The notes beneath the pieces are model-generated. The model searched no databases. It was given only the letters and a program-made list of their open reading frames with translations, and was not told where the DNA came from. Both the position numbers and the translations under genes were made by a program. Source: Octopus sinensis (lineage: Eukaryota). Taken from it: a stretch of DNA of 64,000 nucleotides. Positions 50,570-64,000 of the stretch are shown here, piece after piece. Location: positions 16,802,001 to 16,866,000 of the forward strand of contig NC_043022.1 in NCBI RefSeq assembly GCF_006345805.1, written 5' to 3'. Position 1 is the first letter of the stretch. The number at the start of each line of letters is the position of its first letter.

Positions 50570-51020
50570 TGAGAAGGCTTAAGGGTTTCATCTGGTAGAA
50601 ACCCTGTACTTTCCATCCCAGCTCCCTGTTAGCAGCTCCAACAACTGCTGAGTTCTTTAAGGAAACAAATGTTATGAGCTACATTTTGCACTTTGTTGCA
50701 TTATTCACCTGTTTGCAACGGCACCAAACGCACCAATCACTATTGATCCAACATTAGTAATCTGTGTGTTCCATATTCTTGAAATTTCCATCTAAAGCAC
50801 CAAATAATTACCAATTTTCTCACGTTCTTTGCTAGCCGTTTTGTAGCCACCTGCAATGGGAACTACATCATCTATTCTCTAACATCTCCATGCGTCTCTT
50901 TTTTCAACCACAATGTTTTATCTGGTTGATGGTGCTCTCTCATTCTATTTCGCTATTAAACCCAACACTGCAACACTTCTACAAATCCATTTTCTATCAT
51001 TTCTCTCCATCGCTCAGTTG
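50570..51020 (-). mobile_element. Decayed restriction-like endonuclease (RLE) C-terminus of an R4/Dong-type non-LTR retrotransposon
   Basis: Minus translation HHQPDK...IDDVVP...KEREKIGNY..L*MEISRIWN...IVIGAFGAV...NSAVVGAA resembles HNRPDI...IDVAIP...KExEKIxKY..LxxEIxRLW...IVIGALG...KSALLGTA. Confidence 0.8.
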
Positions 51021-53408
51021 TGTTCCTTTTTCTTTTTTCCTTTAATCAATGTTTATTTTGATCCACCCCACAGTCAAATTTTTTCTGTTTTTTTTTTTCT
51101 TTAGAAAAAAATTGAGTGGAGGAGTTTAAATTTAATTGATTGGCCCCAGTAGGTTACTGAGCCTTAATTGACCTCAGAGCAATTAAAACGAAATTGTTAA
51201 TTAGGCACTGAAGACGATCATCTAAAAGATTTATCCAGCATTTCAACGGTTTGATCTCTTTTTATCCTGCCTAGATTATCATTCCCTCATCTCTCTCTCT
51301 CTCTGGAATATCTTTGTTGACTTGTGACATCAATATGGTATCATTTCTCATGGCAGTAATTGTAGCAGCTTCCCTAAATCAATGATATGCATTTTATACA
51401 TCTGCCCCGCCTTCTTTCCTTCCTTCCTTCCTCCCTACTGTGCCCCCCAAAAAGGATGAAAGTTTCAAAGTTGACCCTCTGGCAAGATTGGAACCTGGAA
51501 TAGCGAGGTTCCAGATTGGATATGTTACAATATCTCATCTGGCATTCAACTGTTTTGGCCATCTCCACTGCCCTCTTAATTAATAATAATAACAACAATA
51601 ATAATATTGATAATAATAATGATGACAATGGTGATGAGGATGATGATGATGATGATGAGGGTTTTCCACCCGAGGGACCATTTGTCAATACCTAAAATGT
51701 CAAGTTTTTTGACTCAGGTACAACGAGGAAAATGTTGGAACAGAAAACAATAATAATGATAATTAAAAAAAAAAATCATATAAAAAAAAACTGTTAAAAA
51801 TTATCATATTTTTTTTTTTGGCATTGAAACATCTTTTTATATATAACCAGCTTTAAAAGGAACCAGATCATGGGGCAGGGTGGAGTTTTTTAAAACTTTT
51901 TTTTTTTTTGCTCAATCACTGACCACAAATTGTCTTCAATTAAAAAAAAAATAAATAAACATAAAATATACTAAAAAAAAAAGCAGAAAAGGCTCACTTT
52001 GTTGTTCAAACTACATCATTTGCTTTTAATAATGATAATAATAATTATTATTATCATAATAATATCAATAATAGGCTCCAAAAAATATTAAAGACATTTT
52101 ATCAGGCTTTCATAAAATTTTATCAGCTTTGACAAAATTTATCAGGCTTATAACAATAATAAATATCTACTGTTACTACTACTACTAATTAATTAATTGA
52201 TAATTACTAACACCAATTGAACATTTTTATAGGCTGCAATAGAATTTTATTAACTTTGATAAAAATTTTAATAGCTTTAAACAACTTTACATTGGCTTAC
52301 AATTTCTAAAGGGAACATCATAATAATAATAATGATGATGATAATGATGAGAAAAAATAATAATAATGATAATGATAATAACAATAACAAAGGCATTTTA
52401 TTGTCTTTAAAAGAAAATTCCAGAAATATCAAAAAAAAAATGCATCTAAAGGAAAAAAAAAAAGCCCTGAACATTTCAAATGAAGATATATGTCACGCTT
52501 GCCTTTTTAGAATTTTACATGAGACCCCTTTTTTTAGTAGAAGTATCTCCCAACCCCCACAATATTCCTGACCATTCCCCCTTTGATTTTTTTTTTTTTG
52601 GTGTTGTTATTTAAAACAAAAATAATAATTTTTTTTTAACATTCTCAATCTCGTTGTTCATTCACCATTTTTCTATCTTTCATATCTTGGCGACATAAAA
52701 CGCATTTTGTACATAGATAAATACTAACAAATACACACACACAAGCACACACACACACACACTTATATATATATATGCATATACACATATACATATATAC
52801 ATAGATGTATATACACGCATTACATATGTATATATACACACATACATATAGGCACATATATAAATATATATATGTAAATATGTGTGTGTTACATATATAT
52901 ATATATGCACACACATACAAACATATATATATATATATATATAACATCAGGTGTTTTTTACATGTTTAAACTGAAAACATGACAATGTTTCTGGCTTAAT
53001 TTCACTTTATCATATTTTATGGACAACTCTTTGTAATATCTTCATTTGTGTGAGTGTGTGTGTATGTGTGTGTATGTGTGTGAGTGTGCTTGAAGAATTA
53101 GTATATTAGATGGCTTTTGAAGAAGTCTATCATGAGAAACCCTGAAAGTCTTGTAGTAATTTCAATATCAAATTGTGATTATGACTTCGATAAATAACAG
53201 ATGACTTCTACCATAGGTTTCAGGTCTACTGGAACAACAAATGCTGACGTTAACCTCTGATCCCTTAAAAGAACAGGGGTCACACGATTCGGGTTACGTC
53301 GATGCCACACTAAAATACCAAACTCTCATATTCCAACAATTAGTCTGAGGGAAATATATATGGACTACATTGAAGAAGGCTAATGTCATTTTTCAGTTTA
53401 ACATGGCA

Positions 53409-53445
<37 letters not shown>

Positions 53446-53446
53446 G

Positions 53447-53480
<34 letters not shown>

Positions 53481-53507
53481 GACTTATATATATGTGTGCA
53501 TGTGGAC

Positions 53508-53580
<73 letters not shown>

Positions 53581-56459
53581 GATATACATGTGTATTTGTA
53601 CATAATATAAATGTATATATGTGTGTATCTGTCTATATATGTATAGATAGATAGATACACACACGAACACATAACTGAATGCATATGTGTGTATATATTT
53701 ATATATGATATATGTACATATTTATGTATATATATTTGTGTATATAAATGTATATATATAAATAAATATACACATGTAAATGTATATATATATAAACATA
53801 TATAAATGTATGTATATATATATATATATATCAAATTGTAAATAAGCTTGTTTGTTTCTAAATACCTTGTTTTTTTTTTTATTATTATTTTTTCCGTTCC
53901 TCTGCCATTTCACTCATATCTTTACCATTATTTTCCTGTCTTTGATCTTGCACTGTTTCTATTTACCATATTTCATTTTAAGAAAGAACTTTTGGAAAAA
54001 AGAAGGAAAAGAAGATACTTTGAAAAACAAAAACCAAAAAAAAAGTAAAGTTAAACAAAAACACTTTTTTTTACAAGAAACCTTGCTTGTTTTTTGTTTG
54101 TTTTTTTTCTCTCTCCTTCAACCAAATTAAGAATTGATGCATTTATTACCATCAATGATATCTTAGATTTAGAACTTAAAAGGAAACACATGTGAAAATT
54201 CAAAAAAACCCTTATAAATCTCTTGTTATTGCCAGCCTCATGTTTTTTTTTTTTATATCAATTCGCAATATTTCTATCCTTGAAGATTTTCTGTAGGTGT
54301 TGTGGCTAGCATCTTGTAGAGAGCAACAATTAGTCTGGTAGTGGACCTAGTTCTTATCGAGGCTTCCGTTTCCAAATGAAGCCACTTCATTTCATTTATG
54401 CTGCTACTATTCTAGAGAAACATACGGCTGCTATCCCTTCCTAAACCTTCTCTCCGTCATCTCATCTCTCTTTTAAAATACAACTCCTTCAGATCGAGAG
54501 AAATCAAATTCTTTAAATGTTGTTTTTCTTTTTCACTTCTTTTACAAAATTTTCTTATTTGCTTTTGTATTTTTATTTTTAGTTTTGAGCTTTTAAAAAG
54601 ATTTTGGTTTAATACAAATCAGAAATTTTGGTTAAATGTCTTAACCAAATTCTCAATGCAGCATTTAATTTCAATGAAAAGAATTAATTGATATGGACAG
54701 CAAAATAATTCATCAATATTATTATTGTTGTTGTGTGAAAGTGGCCGGCTTTGTTCCATCCATTCTGGAAGATAAAGGTAGCTTAACAAACACTTTTGAG
54801 GAAACCTATGCATTCTGTCTCATCTGACACTACTTTGCATACTCTTATATGGCAAGTACTTGAGTCAGGTTACCTTCTTATCTCTTAACTGTTTGTGCAA
54901 ACTGTGGCACAACAAAGCACAACTCCTGCAGCTTGGACATGCCATGCTTCAGTCCCATCTGAGACTGTACCATATACTCTGTCATCAAATAGCTGGTTGT
55001 GTTGGTTTCTAATGAGGTCATCAGAACATATCGTGCGTGTGTTTGACAGTCTGATAATGAGGATATGCTGAGGTAATGATTGTTGTTTTTTTTTTTTACT
55101 TCGTAGGATTAGTTTTTCTTCTTTTTTATTTGACCATTGTGTATATAAGAAGTAATCTGCTCAGTCCCACAACACCCCAATATCTTAACACCCTTCACCA
55201 TTGAACCCCATCAAAATGGTATTGATGGGCAGCCAGTGCCATAGCAACATTAAAGTCTCTAAATCTTTCTGTCCAGTTTCAGTTCTTAACTGGAGCTGCT
55301 TTTGCGATGTTTCTATAGAAATGAAATGTTGAACCTTTCGTCCTCCTATTTAACCCTTGTCTCACAAATCTCAAAACTCACATCGAAATAAGAAATAATA
55401 TAGCAGGGAACACGTGTACATTTGTGTTTTTTTTATGGGGTGGAATGGTTTTTGTTGATATATTTTTGGTGGCAAAAGAGCATTTTACTAGATTGTTGTT
55501 GTTGTTGTTATGATTAAGGTGAGCTGACAGAATCACTAGCACACTAGACAAAATGATTTGCAGCAAATCACCCTTTTCTATGTTCTAAGTTCAAGTTCCA
55601 CTGAGGTCAGCTTTGTCTTTCATCCTTTTGGGGTCGATGAAATAAATACCAGTTGAGCACTGGGGGTCGATGTAATCGACTTCCCAGCCCCCAAAACTTC
55701 AGGCTTTGTGCTTATAATTTAAAGAGTAATTAGTACTACATTTTATGATCAGGTTTAGATGGTAGTCATAGAGTAGTAGAGAGACCCTTCCAGGGACCCA
55801 GTCGCTGTTGACCTTTTCACTCATTAAGGGAGAAACATCAGTCTGATCTTGTGCTCTCCCCCCACACAACCCATTCCCTATGACCCCCCACCCCAAATAC
55901 CTTACGTTTCTACCTATTGTTGTGGACAGGGTTTAGGAACAAATATTTTAGTCTTTGTTAATCAATTGATATCTCTTTATTTGCCATTCTTGGGTGTAGT
56001 GGTGTGGATGCATTGCCATGTGTGCAGGGACAAAGGCGTGGGTGTAGAGTTATGTTTTCATTGCAGTCATGAATCCCCAGGTTCAATACCATGGCACAGT
56101 ACCTTGGGTAGGTGTCTTGTATTGTAGCCTCCTTATTCAAATCCAAGTGTTGAGGTTAGATGGAGAATGAATGGAAGCCCAGTGATTAAATCTATGAAGG
56201 ATATGTAACCCCTTCGACTATTATCCATTGAGTTGGAAGAATTAGAACAATACTATTGTGAATATATACATGTATGTGTGTGTGTGTGTGTGTATCTATA
56301 TCTATCTATATATATTTATTTATATATATATATATATAGTGTAGAGGTGGTCTGCACTGGGGAGGCCCTGTGCATAACTTTTATTAACATTTTCTCAACA
56401 CAATTCCAAAGGGCCTGGAATTTCAGCTGCCATCACACTAGAGTGATTTCTTGTTGCCT

Positions 56460-56498
<39 letters not shown>

Positions 56499-56920
56499 CC
56501 ATTGAAAGTGCTCTAGGATTATGTTAAGGAGAATCTCTTTGATTTACTCATTATCAGGATGGATGGAGCCATTTACTTTTATTACATGTGTGTGTGTCTG
56601 TGCATATGTGTGTGTGTGTGTGTGTGTGTGTAAGCAAGAGAGAGAGAGTGTGTTTGTATATTTTCGGTCCTCTGTCTTCCTCTCTGCTAGATTATCAGTT
56701 CTTTAAAAAACCTCTGAGGTTTCACGGCAATTTCAGAGAAGAGAATTAGAAAGTCTTTTGCTCTTTTTTTTTTTTAAAAAACAAAATTACCACAAACTCA
56801 TTATAGTTGTTCTCATCTCAAAAATTACAATGTTTGACAAAATGTTATTTGGCAAACTCATGTTTGACAAGTTGTTGTTTGACAAACTGTTTGATGAACA
56901 GATGTTTAACAAGGCGTTTA

Positions 56921-57235
56921 TTTGACAAACTGCTCTTGACAAGCCGTTGTTTGACAAACTGCTCTTGACAAGCCGTTGTTTGACAAACTGCTCTTGACAA
57001 GCTGTTGTTTGACAAACTGCTCTTGACAAGCCGTTGTTTGACAAACTGCTCTTGACAAGCTGTTGTTTGACAAACTGCTCTTGACAAGCTGTTGTTTGAC
57101 AAACTGCTCTTGACAAGCTGTTGTTTGACAAACTGCTCTTGACAAGCTGTTGTTTGACAAACTGCTCTTGACAAGCTGTTGTTTGACAAACTGCTCTTGA
57201 CAAGCTGTTGTTTGACAAACTGCTCTTTGACAAAC
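56921..57235. repeat. 29-bp minisatellite TTTGACAAACTGCTCTTGACAAGC(C/T)GTTG, 10 full copies plus a partial one; degenerate TTGACAA subunits extend back to ~56830
   Basis: Units start at 56921, 56950 ... 57182, with a partial unit at 57211. Confidence 0.97.
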
Positions 57236-57775
57236 TACTATTGCAAATACAAAAAAGAAAAGATAAAAAATTTTTTTTAATGATTTTTTATTTTTAATTT
57301 ATTTTTATTTTTTTACAAGTGTTCAATTTTTTCTAGCCAAGCTGAGAAGGTGTTCATCCTTGTCATATCATTAATTTCTTTCTAGAAAAGCAAAAAATAA
57401 CAATTAATAATATTTAAAAAAACGTTTTTAAAAATCCCTAAAAAATTAACAAACAATTAAAACAAAACAAAGAACACAAAGAAAAAAATGCTAGTTCTTT
57501 GCTCCAACCAACAATTGGATGCGTTAATATATAACCTCGTTTGGGTTTTTTTTTTAATTAAAATCTGAATGAAAAACTGACCCCATGTTGCAAATTTCAC
57601 TTTTTGAATTCCCCTCAAAATCTGCTGCCATGATTAGCTACTCCATTATAAATACATGTGTATATGTGTGTGTGTATATATTATACATATGCATAGATAC
57701 ATGCATATATATGCATACATGAATATATATGTATATATATATACACACACACAAATGTACATATATATAATATAT

Positions 57776-57828
<53 letters not shown>

Positions 57829-58129
57829 TATATATAAACATGCATACATACATATATATATATATACATATATATATATATTCTTTTGAGTAGCAACTCT
57901 TTTTTGCTTTCAATATTTCTCTGTGCACAAAATATATAGAGGCTCACACCTATGTACCTACTTACCTACCAACTTACCTATCTACCTACCTGTCTATCTA
58001 CCTATCGATCTATCTATTCTAACTTTGACTCATTATATTTCAAGGAATACCATTAATCTATCCATCATTTAAAAACAAAAAACAAAAAAAACAGCACACT
58101 AATTAAGCATTTGCTACCATTATAATTAT

Positions 58130-58305
58130 TATTATAATTAATGAAATCATTGTTATTATGATTATTATTATTATTATTATTATTGTTATTATTATTATTA
58201 TTGTTATTATTATTATTATTGTTATTATTATTATTATTATTGTTATTATTGTTATGATTATTATTATTATTGTTATTATTATTATTATTATCATTATTAT
58301 AATTA
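58130..58305. repeat. Long (ATT)n/(GTT) trinucleotide microsatellite (representative)
   Basis: Directly visible; the source of the poly-Ile ORFs. Confidence 0.97.
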
Positions 58306-58643
58306 TTGCTGTCAGGGACTTCTGGATGACGCTGTATATAAACAACACCTTGGATTATTTGCCCTTCAGTTTAGTGTGGCTGAAGTAAATAAGAGGGAAA
58401 AAATCTGGGACAGGGGTTAAATGAAAAACCAAAAAAAAAAAGAGAAGAAAGAAAGAATGTACAAGCACAAATTGCATACGCACACAACCAACACACACAG
58501 CCACACACACACTACACAAACACACATATATACACACATTTATATGTGTGTGTATGTACATACATATATTTGTATGTGTATGAATATATATATGTGTATA
58601 TGTGTATGTATATATATGTACATATATGTATAAGTATATATAT

Positions 58644-58680
<37 letters not shown>

Positions 58681-59752
58681 AGTGTACATATATGTGTATA
58701 TGAATATAAGTTTCTGGAAATAATACATAATCTGCTTATCAAGCTTAAACTTAATCTCACAGATAATGTTGATAAAGCACAAAACCACAGAGGCTTCAGC
58801 TGCTAAAACTCGGTTAACTTGACCAGTTTCATTTCTCATTAGAGACTCATTTACCTCGCCTTCTTTCTGCTCAAATTTAGAAGCTCACCGCTTCGTATAA
58901 ACAATGGAATGGGAATATATAATGCAAATCATACGTGTTGGTATGAGGTTGAAATATTCTAAACGAAGACAGCATGGTTAGGAATAACTCTAAGCAGGAC
59001 AACAAATACGATTCATTCAATAACCGTGGACCTGTTTATAATTGCTGGAAAAATAGAAATTAGGCTGAAACAACAGGATTTTATACATACACACACACAT
59101 ATATATCAATACATAAATATACAGATATATATATATACATATACAGATATATATATTATATATATATATATATATCTATATATATATATATATTATATAT
59201 ATAATATATATACATACACATATATATCTCTATCTATCTATATATATATACACACACACACACACATATATATGCATATACACACATATGTATATATATA
59301 CACACACATACACACATACATAAATATGCATGTACACACATATAGATATAGATGTATATGTGTTTGTATATATACACATATTTTTTAATAAAAATTTGGG
59401 ACTGGATACAATTAGTATCAAGTAAGCCCTGGGGTCGAAGTATTTGACTTAGCCCCACCCACTCCCAAATTTTAGGACTTGGGCCTAAAGTAGAAAGGAA
59501 TAATAATTTGACTCACCTGTACATGAGATAATGCTTTGTAGGCTTCAGAGGACGAACCTATCTCATCAGATCTGCCGATCTTCTCTGGGTGTCTCCTCAG
59601 ATGGGTTCGTCCTACACATTCAGGAATCTTTAAGTCGCATGCAACTGAGTCAAATTTTATTTAAAAAATTCATGTAATTCCAACAAAATCTGTAAATCAG
59701 TCGAGTGACACTCTCTTTCATTTCTCCACTCACTTACATGTGTGTGTTTATG

Positions 59753-59812
<60 letters not shown>

Positions 59813-59896
59813 TTCATGAGTGTGTGCATGCATACATGAAACACAACACATACATATCTACATGAATATATATATAAATGCACACGTGTCTGTATA

Positions 59897-59927
<31 letters not shown>

Positions 59928-59955
59928 GTATATATATATATATTATATATGTGTG

Positions 59956-60009
<54 letters not shown>

Positions 60010-60885
60010 TATATACATACACACACACACCACACACACACACACATATTAGTAATGTATAAAAAAAAGGAATTCTACATAGTGACTTAGCTTACCACAA
60101 CTTTATACAAATTTTAGCCTCAGGGGATTTTTTACATGGTTGCTTGTCCTGCTAGAAACACCAGCCAAATATCCCTCATAACACATTTTCATGTTGAAGG
60201 ACAAACTGGTGTGACTATGGTTGAGATGTTTGGACAGTTGAGTAGCAGGATCAATTCCAACCAGAGATTAAATCCAAGCGACAATAATAACAAAAAGATT
60301 ATTATGAAGTTAAAGAAAAAATCAAAATAATGATATACATACCATGAAATAAAAAAAAACACAAAGGAATTAGCTGGGGTCTTGTTTTTTTTTTCTTCTT
60401 CCTTCAACCGGTGACTAACGTAGATGATGTAGATGAAACTGTTTTATATACATTTAATGTGTGTTGTTATATGTAATATACAATACGATTTACATATAAT
60501 ATTGGAAATATTGCAATCATTTCTTACATTCATTGATTAAAAAAATATAGAAAAAAATGGAAAAAAAAAGGAAATAAAAATCAAAATCATTGTAGCTTGC
60601 TTTAAGTAAATCTTAGACAAATATGGAAAATAGAAAACAGTGATGAAAGCCACAACATTGCTGATGTGAGGAAGTGAGGAGGAGGAGGAGTGGGAAAGCT
60701 AAAATTTTTGTTTACATTGAAAAAATATCACGGCTATATAATGGTAAAGAAATGAAATATACACTATCATTCACACATACACACTTTGTAAGTATATATT
60801 ATACACACTCACATACACATATAAAGATTATAATGTCTGTGTTGGTGTGTCTACATGTATGTGTGTGAATGTATATAAATAAGTT

Positions 60886-60916
<31 letters not shown>

Positions 60917-61235
60917 ATATATATACACGTATATATATATGTATGTTTATGTATGTATGTATGTATATGCATGTATATATGTATGTATGTATATATATAT
61001 GTATGTACATATGTATGTATATATATGTATGTATGTATGTATATATATATTTATATACCCCACACACAAACATGTATGTGCATGTGTGTGTGTATATATA
61101 TATGCATCTATAAATATTCACAAACATACCCATATAAAACTGCACCACACTTACACATGCATATGCTATTATATATAGATATATATATACATACACACAT
61201 AAACAATTAGCAAGTACATAGAGTTAATAATAATG

Positions 61236-61282
<47 letters not shown>

Positions 61283-61349
61283 GCAGCAACAAGAATTACC
61301 AGTGAAACTTCACATCATTATTCTGAGTTTCCCATTGGGATACTATTAT

Positions 61350-61414
<65 letters not shown>

Positions 61415-61430
61415 GTATGTATATATATAT

Positions 61431-61490
<60 letters not shown>

Positions 61491-62053
61491 ATATGTATGT
61501 ATGTATATAGGATGTTGATGATATGAATTAGAATTTCATATAACATAGAAATAAATAAGGGACTATCCAACCTCGCCACACACTGTGTACTGCCAGTTTC
61601 AGTGCATTGCATAACAGTTGTGTGTGTGTGTGTTTCTTTGTTAACTTTTCATTTCATGTTTAGTAGAAATTTAACGAAGCTGTAACACTAATTAATCCTT
61701 TTATTCCTCTTTCTCTCACTCACTCACCCACTCCTCCCGAGAAGGGAGTGCTCCAGCATGGCCTTGGCTCTGATGACTAAAATCAATACTAATCAACTCA
61801 TCAATAACCCTTTGTACTTTTATCACTGTTTTCTATTTAAAAAATAAAAATTAACCAAAAAAAAAGCCAAAAAAAAAAAGCAAAACAAAAATCGACCCTT
61901 GGTGTTGTTCTTCTGTCAGATAAATGGATTCCCTTCACAATAATTCTTCACTGTTTCGGTTTTTTATTAAATTTTTTTTTTTTTTTTTAATATTGATTGA
62001 TTATTTCATTTTGTATTGGAAATCAAATTCGCATTTGTTTCTTATTATTTGTT

Positions 62054-62086
<33 letters not shown>

Positions 62087-62789
62087 TCCTTTATCCAGTT
62101 TGTTTACTTCACTTCTCTCTCTCTCTCTCCACCCTAATTCATTCTCCCAGTTTCACTACTGAAATAAACTACTGTGATACTTTATGCATGAAGCACTGGC
62201 TTTCTTTGGCTAATCCTTTCTTTTTTTCCCATCCTCTCTCTTCAACCTTCAACTTTCTATACAAACCCTTCTATAATCATGTCGTCATCCTATCAGCTAC
62301 ATTCATGGCAATGTTGGTCATGTGATCGCATCACATGACTGCATGTCTGCTAATTAAAGTTTTGATTTCAACAATTATTTCTGTGTGTGTTGACAATATT
62401 TTTTTTAATGCAATTTATTGAGATCTCTGTTTCAGTTTATTGTGAGAATTCTTTGATTGCTGAAGACGTTGCTTAAGAAAATGGTGCAAGACAGGCACTG
62501 GACCAGTTTCTATTTCGCCAGAGTGATTCTTGATCAAACAGCCTGAGACCATCCAACCAGACTGGAATCTCTTTGACGATGATTTTGGATTTTCATAGAA
62601 AATAAAACCAAGTTAAGTGGATGAATTCAAGTACATTATAGAAAACTCTTTTATTGGCCCTGGAGGGTAACACAATAAATGAGAACTTAAGTTTAAATAC
62701 CCAACACGGGTAGATATTTCCTGAGTACCACATGGCAATTGGTGTGGCAACTTACAACCACTGCCATCCTCTCTCTCTTTCCCTGTATA

Positions 62790-63010
62790 TATATTTATAT
62801 AACCACAGGGTCAACCAGACCATCTGATGTTGTTACATACCACTGGTCACAATGCACTTCCAATCCTATCTTGACCAAGATTGTTTGACCAAGTCATCTT
62901 CCCATCATTATGGAGGCTTTCCAATCTCTTGGACTCAGCAAATGCACAAGTCCATCTGTGGCCTGTGAACCTTGCAACATGTCTGGCCCGGTGGCACTTG
63001 TGCTGTCAAT
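62790..63010 (-). mobile_element. Second decayed RTE LINE 3' end
   Basis: Minus translation KCHRARHVARFTGHRWTCAFAE resembles RTE KWRWAGHVARxxDNRWT. Its 3' end is similar to that of 43288-43350. Confidence 0.75.
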
Positions 63011-64000
63011 ATTTTGCAATCACATCAAAATGAGATAAACGAAATGAAAAAAAAAAAAAGAATATAGCCATAAAAATGGTAAACCATCAATGACCATCAC
63101 TTTTGAATGAGATTAAAGGTGACCTATCTCACTTGTCCATGGCTTTCAGGTATTTTAAAACCCAGCATTTTCAGAGAGTCTTCTCCACCTTGCCAACTTG
63201 CAGCAAATACACAAAGCAGGATTGATGTTGAAATTCATCAGGGAGGTTTTTCCTACCCCAAAACTGTGCCGGACTTAACAAAACATAAATATCTTGGACT
63301 CGATATTAACACTGGAATCTTAGCTGGGATGTGAATGATATGAATGATATATATATGTGTATATATATATATAGATATATATATATATATATATATGTAT
63401 GTATATATATATATGTATATATATGTATGTATGTTATATATGTATATATATGTATGTATGTATATATATGTATATATTGTATATATATATATATATATGT
63501 ATATAATATATATATGTATATATATATATATGTATTATATATAATGTATATATATGTATATATATATATATGTATATATATATATTGTATATATTATATA
63601 TGTATATATTGTATATATATATGTATATATATATATGTATATATATGTATATATATATTATAGAATATATGTATATATATGTATATATATATATGTATAT
63701 ATATCTGTATATATATATATGTATATATATATATGTATATATATATGTATATATATATGTATAATATATGTAATAATATATGTATATATATATATGTATA
63801 TATATATATGTATATATATATATGTATATATATGTATATATATATATATGTATATATGTATATATATATATGTATATATATGTATATATATATATGTATA
63901 TATGTATATTATATATGTATATATATATATATGTATATATGTATATATATATGTTATATATATATCATCATCATCATTTAGCGTCTGTTTTCCATGCTAG

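Noticed and set aside
48520-50600. Repeat-spacer mosaic resembling a CRISPR array
   Set aside because: The repeats are variable-length triplet microsatellites, and the inserts include SINE and LINE pieces of unequal length.
54891-54962. VCANCGTTK, resembling the start of a GATA zinc finger
   Set aside because: No TPLWR or second CxxC; the frame stops after about 23 codons.
56787-57233. Three overlapping minus-strand repeat ORFs, and a CRISPR-like appearance
   Set aside because: A 29-bp period cycles through all frames of a stop-free unit. There are no unique spacers and no cas genes, and the DNA is eukaryotic.
56830-57235. Many TTGACA (bacterial -35) hexamers
   Set aside because: No -10 boxes at the right spacing and no bacterial context; it is just the repeat core.
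12459-64000. Dozens of ORFs rich in YI, VC, HT, poly-I, poly-L or poly-Y
   Set aside because: They are translations of (AT)n, (GT)n, (CT)n and (ATT)n microsatellites that lack stops by construction.

Overview
AT-rich eukaryotic DNA, very dense in (AT)n, (GT)n and (ATT)n microsatellites and SINEs. The repeat families and microsatellite density point to a coleoid cephalopod, most likely Octopus (inference). Positions ~1.5-24.3 kb (+) hold the 3' two-thirds of a CAMTA (calmodulin-binding transcription activator) gene. I could assemble 11 phase-compatible GT-AG exons: post-TIG helix, ankyrin repeats, a long low-complexity linker, IQ motifs and a divergent tail. The CG-1 and TIG exons lie upstream of the window. 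The remaining ~40 kb contains no protein I recognise. It holds stacked tRNA-derived SINEs, decayed RTE and R4/Dong LINE fragments, a fold-back element, a 29-bp minisatellite and a few isolated exon-like segments; a CR1-group LINE fragment, a mariner-type MITE, two more fold-backs and a 5S rRNA pseudogene lie in CAMTA introns. Almost all of the supplied ORF track is microsatellite artefact. I do not see a demonstrable new biological system. The best leads are: (i) a 46-nt duplication of a CAMTA splice donor; (ii) an overlapping AG|GT exon module that could switch the CAMTA C-terminus between two reading frames; (iii) a perfect 47-bp palindrome capped by the GCGAAAGC mini-hairpin, next to a tandem CCAAT/ERE-like module; (iv) opposed SINE clusters around exons that would close into a stop-free 1299-nt circle; and (v) (TTA)n tracts acting as strand-specific landing pads for two retroelement classes. 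Exon and palindrome coordinates were counted by hand; SINE and LINE boundaries are approximate.
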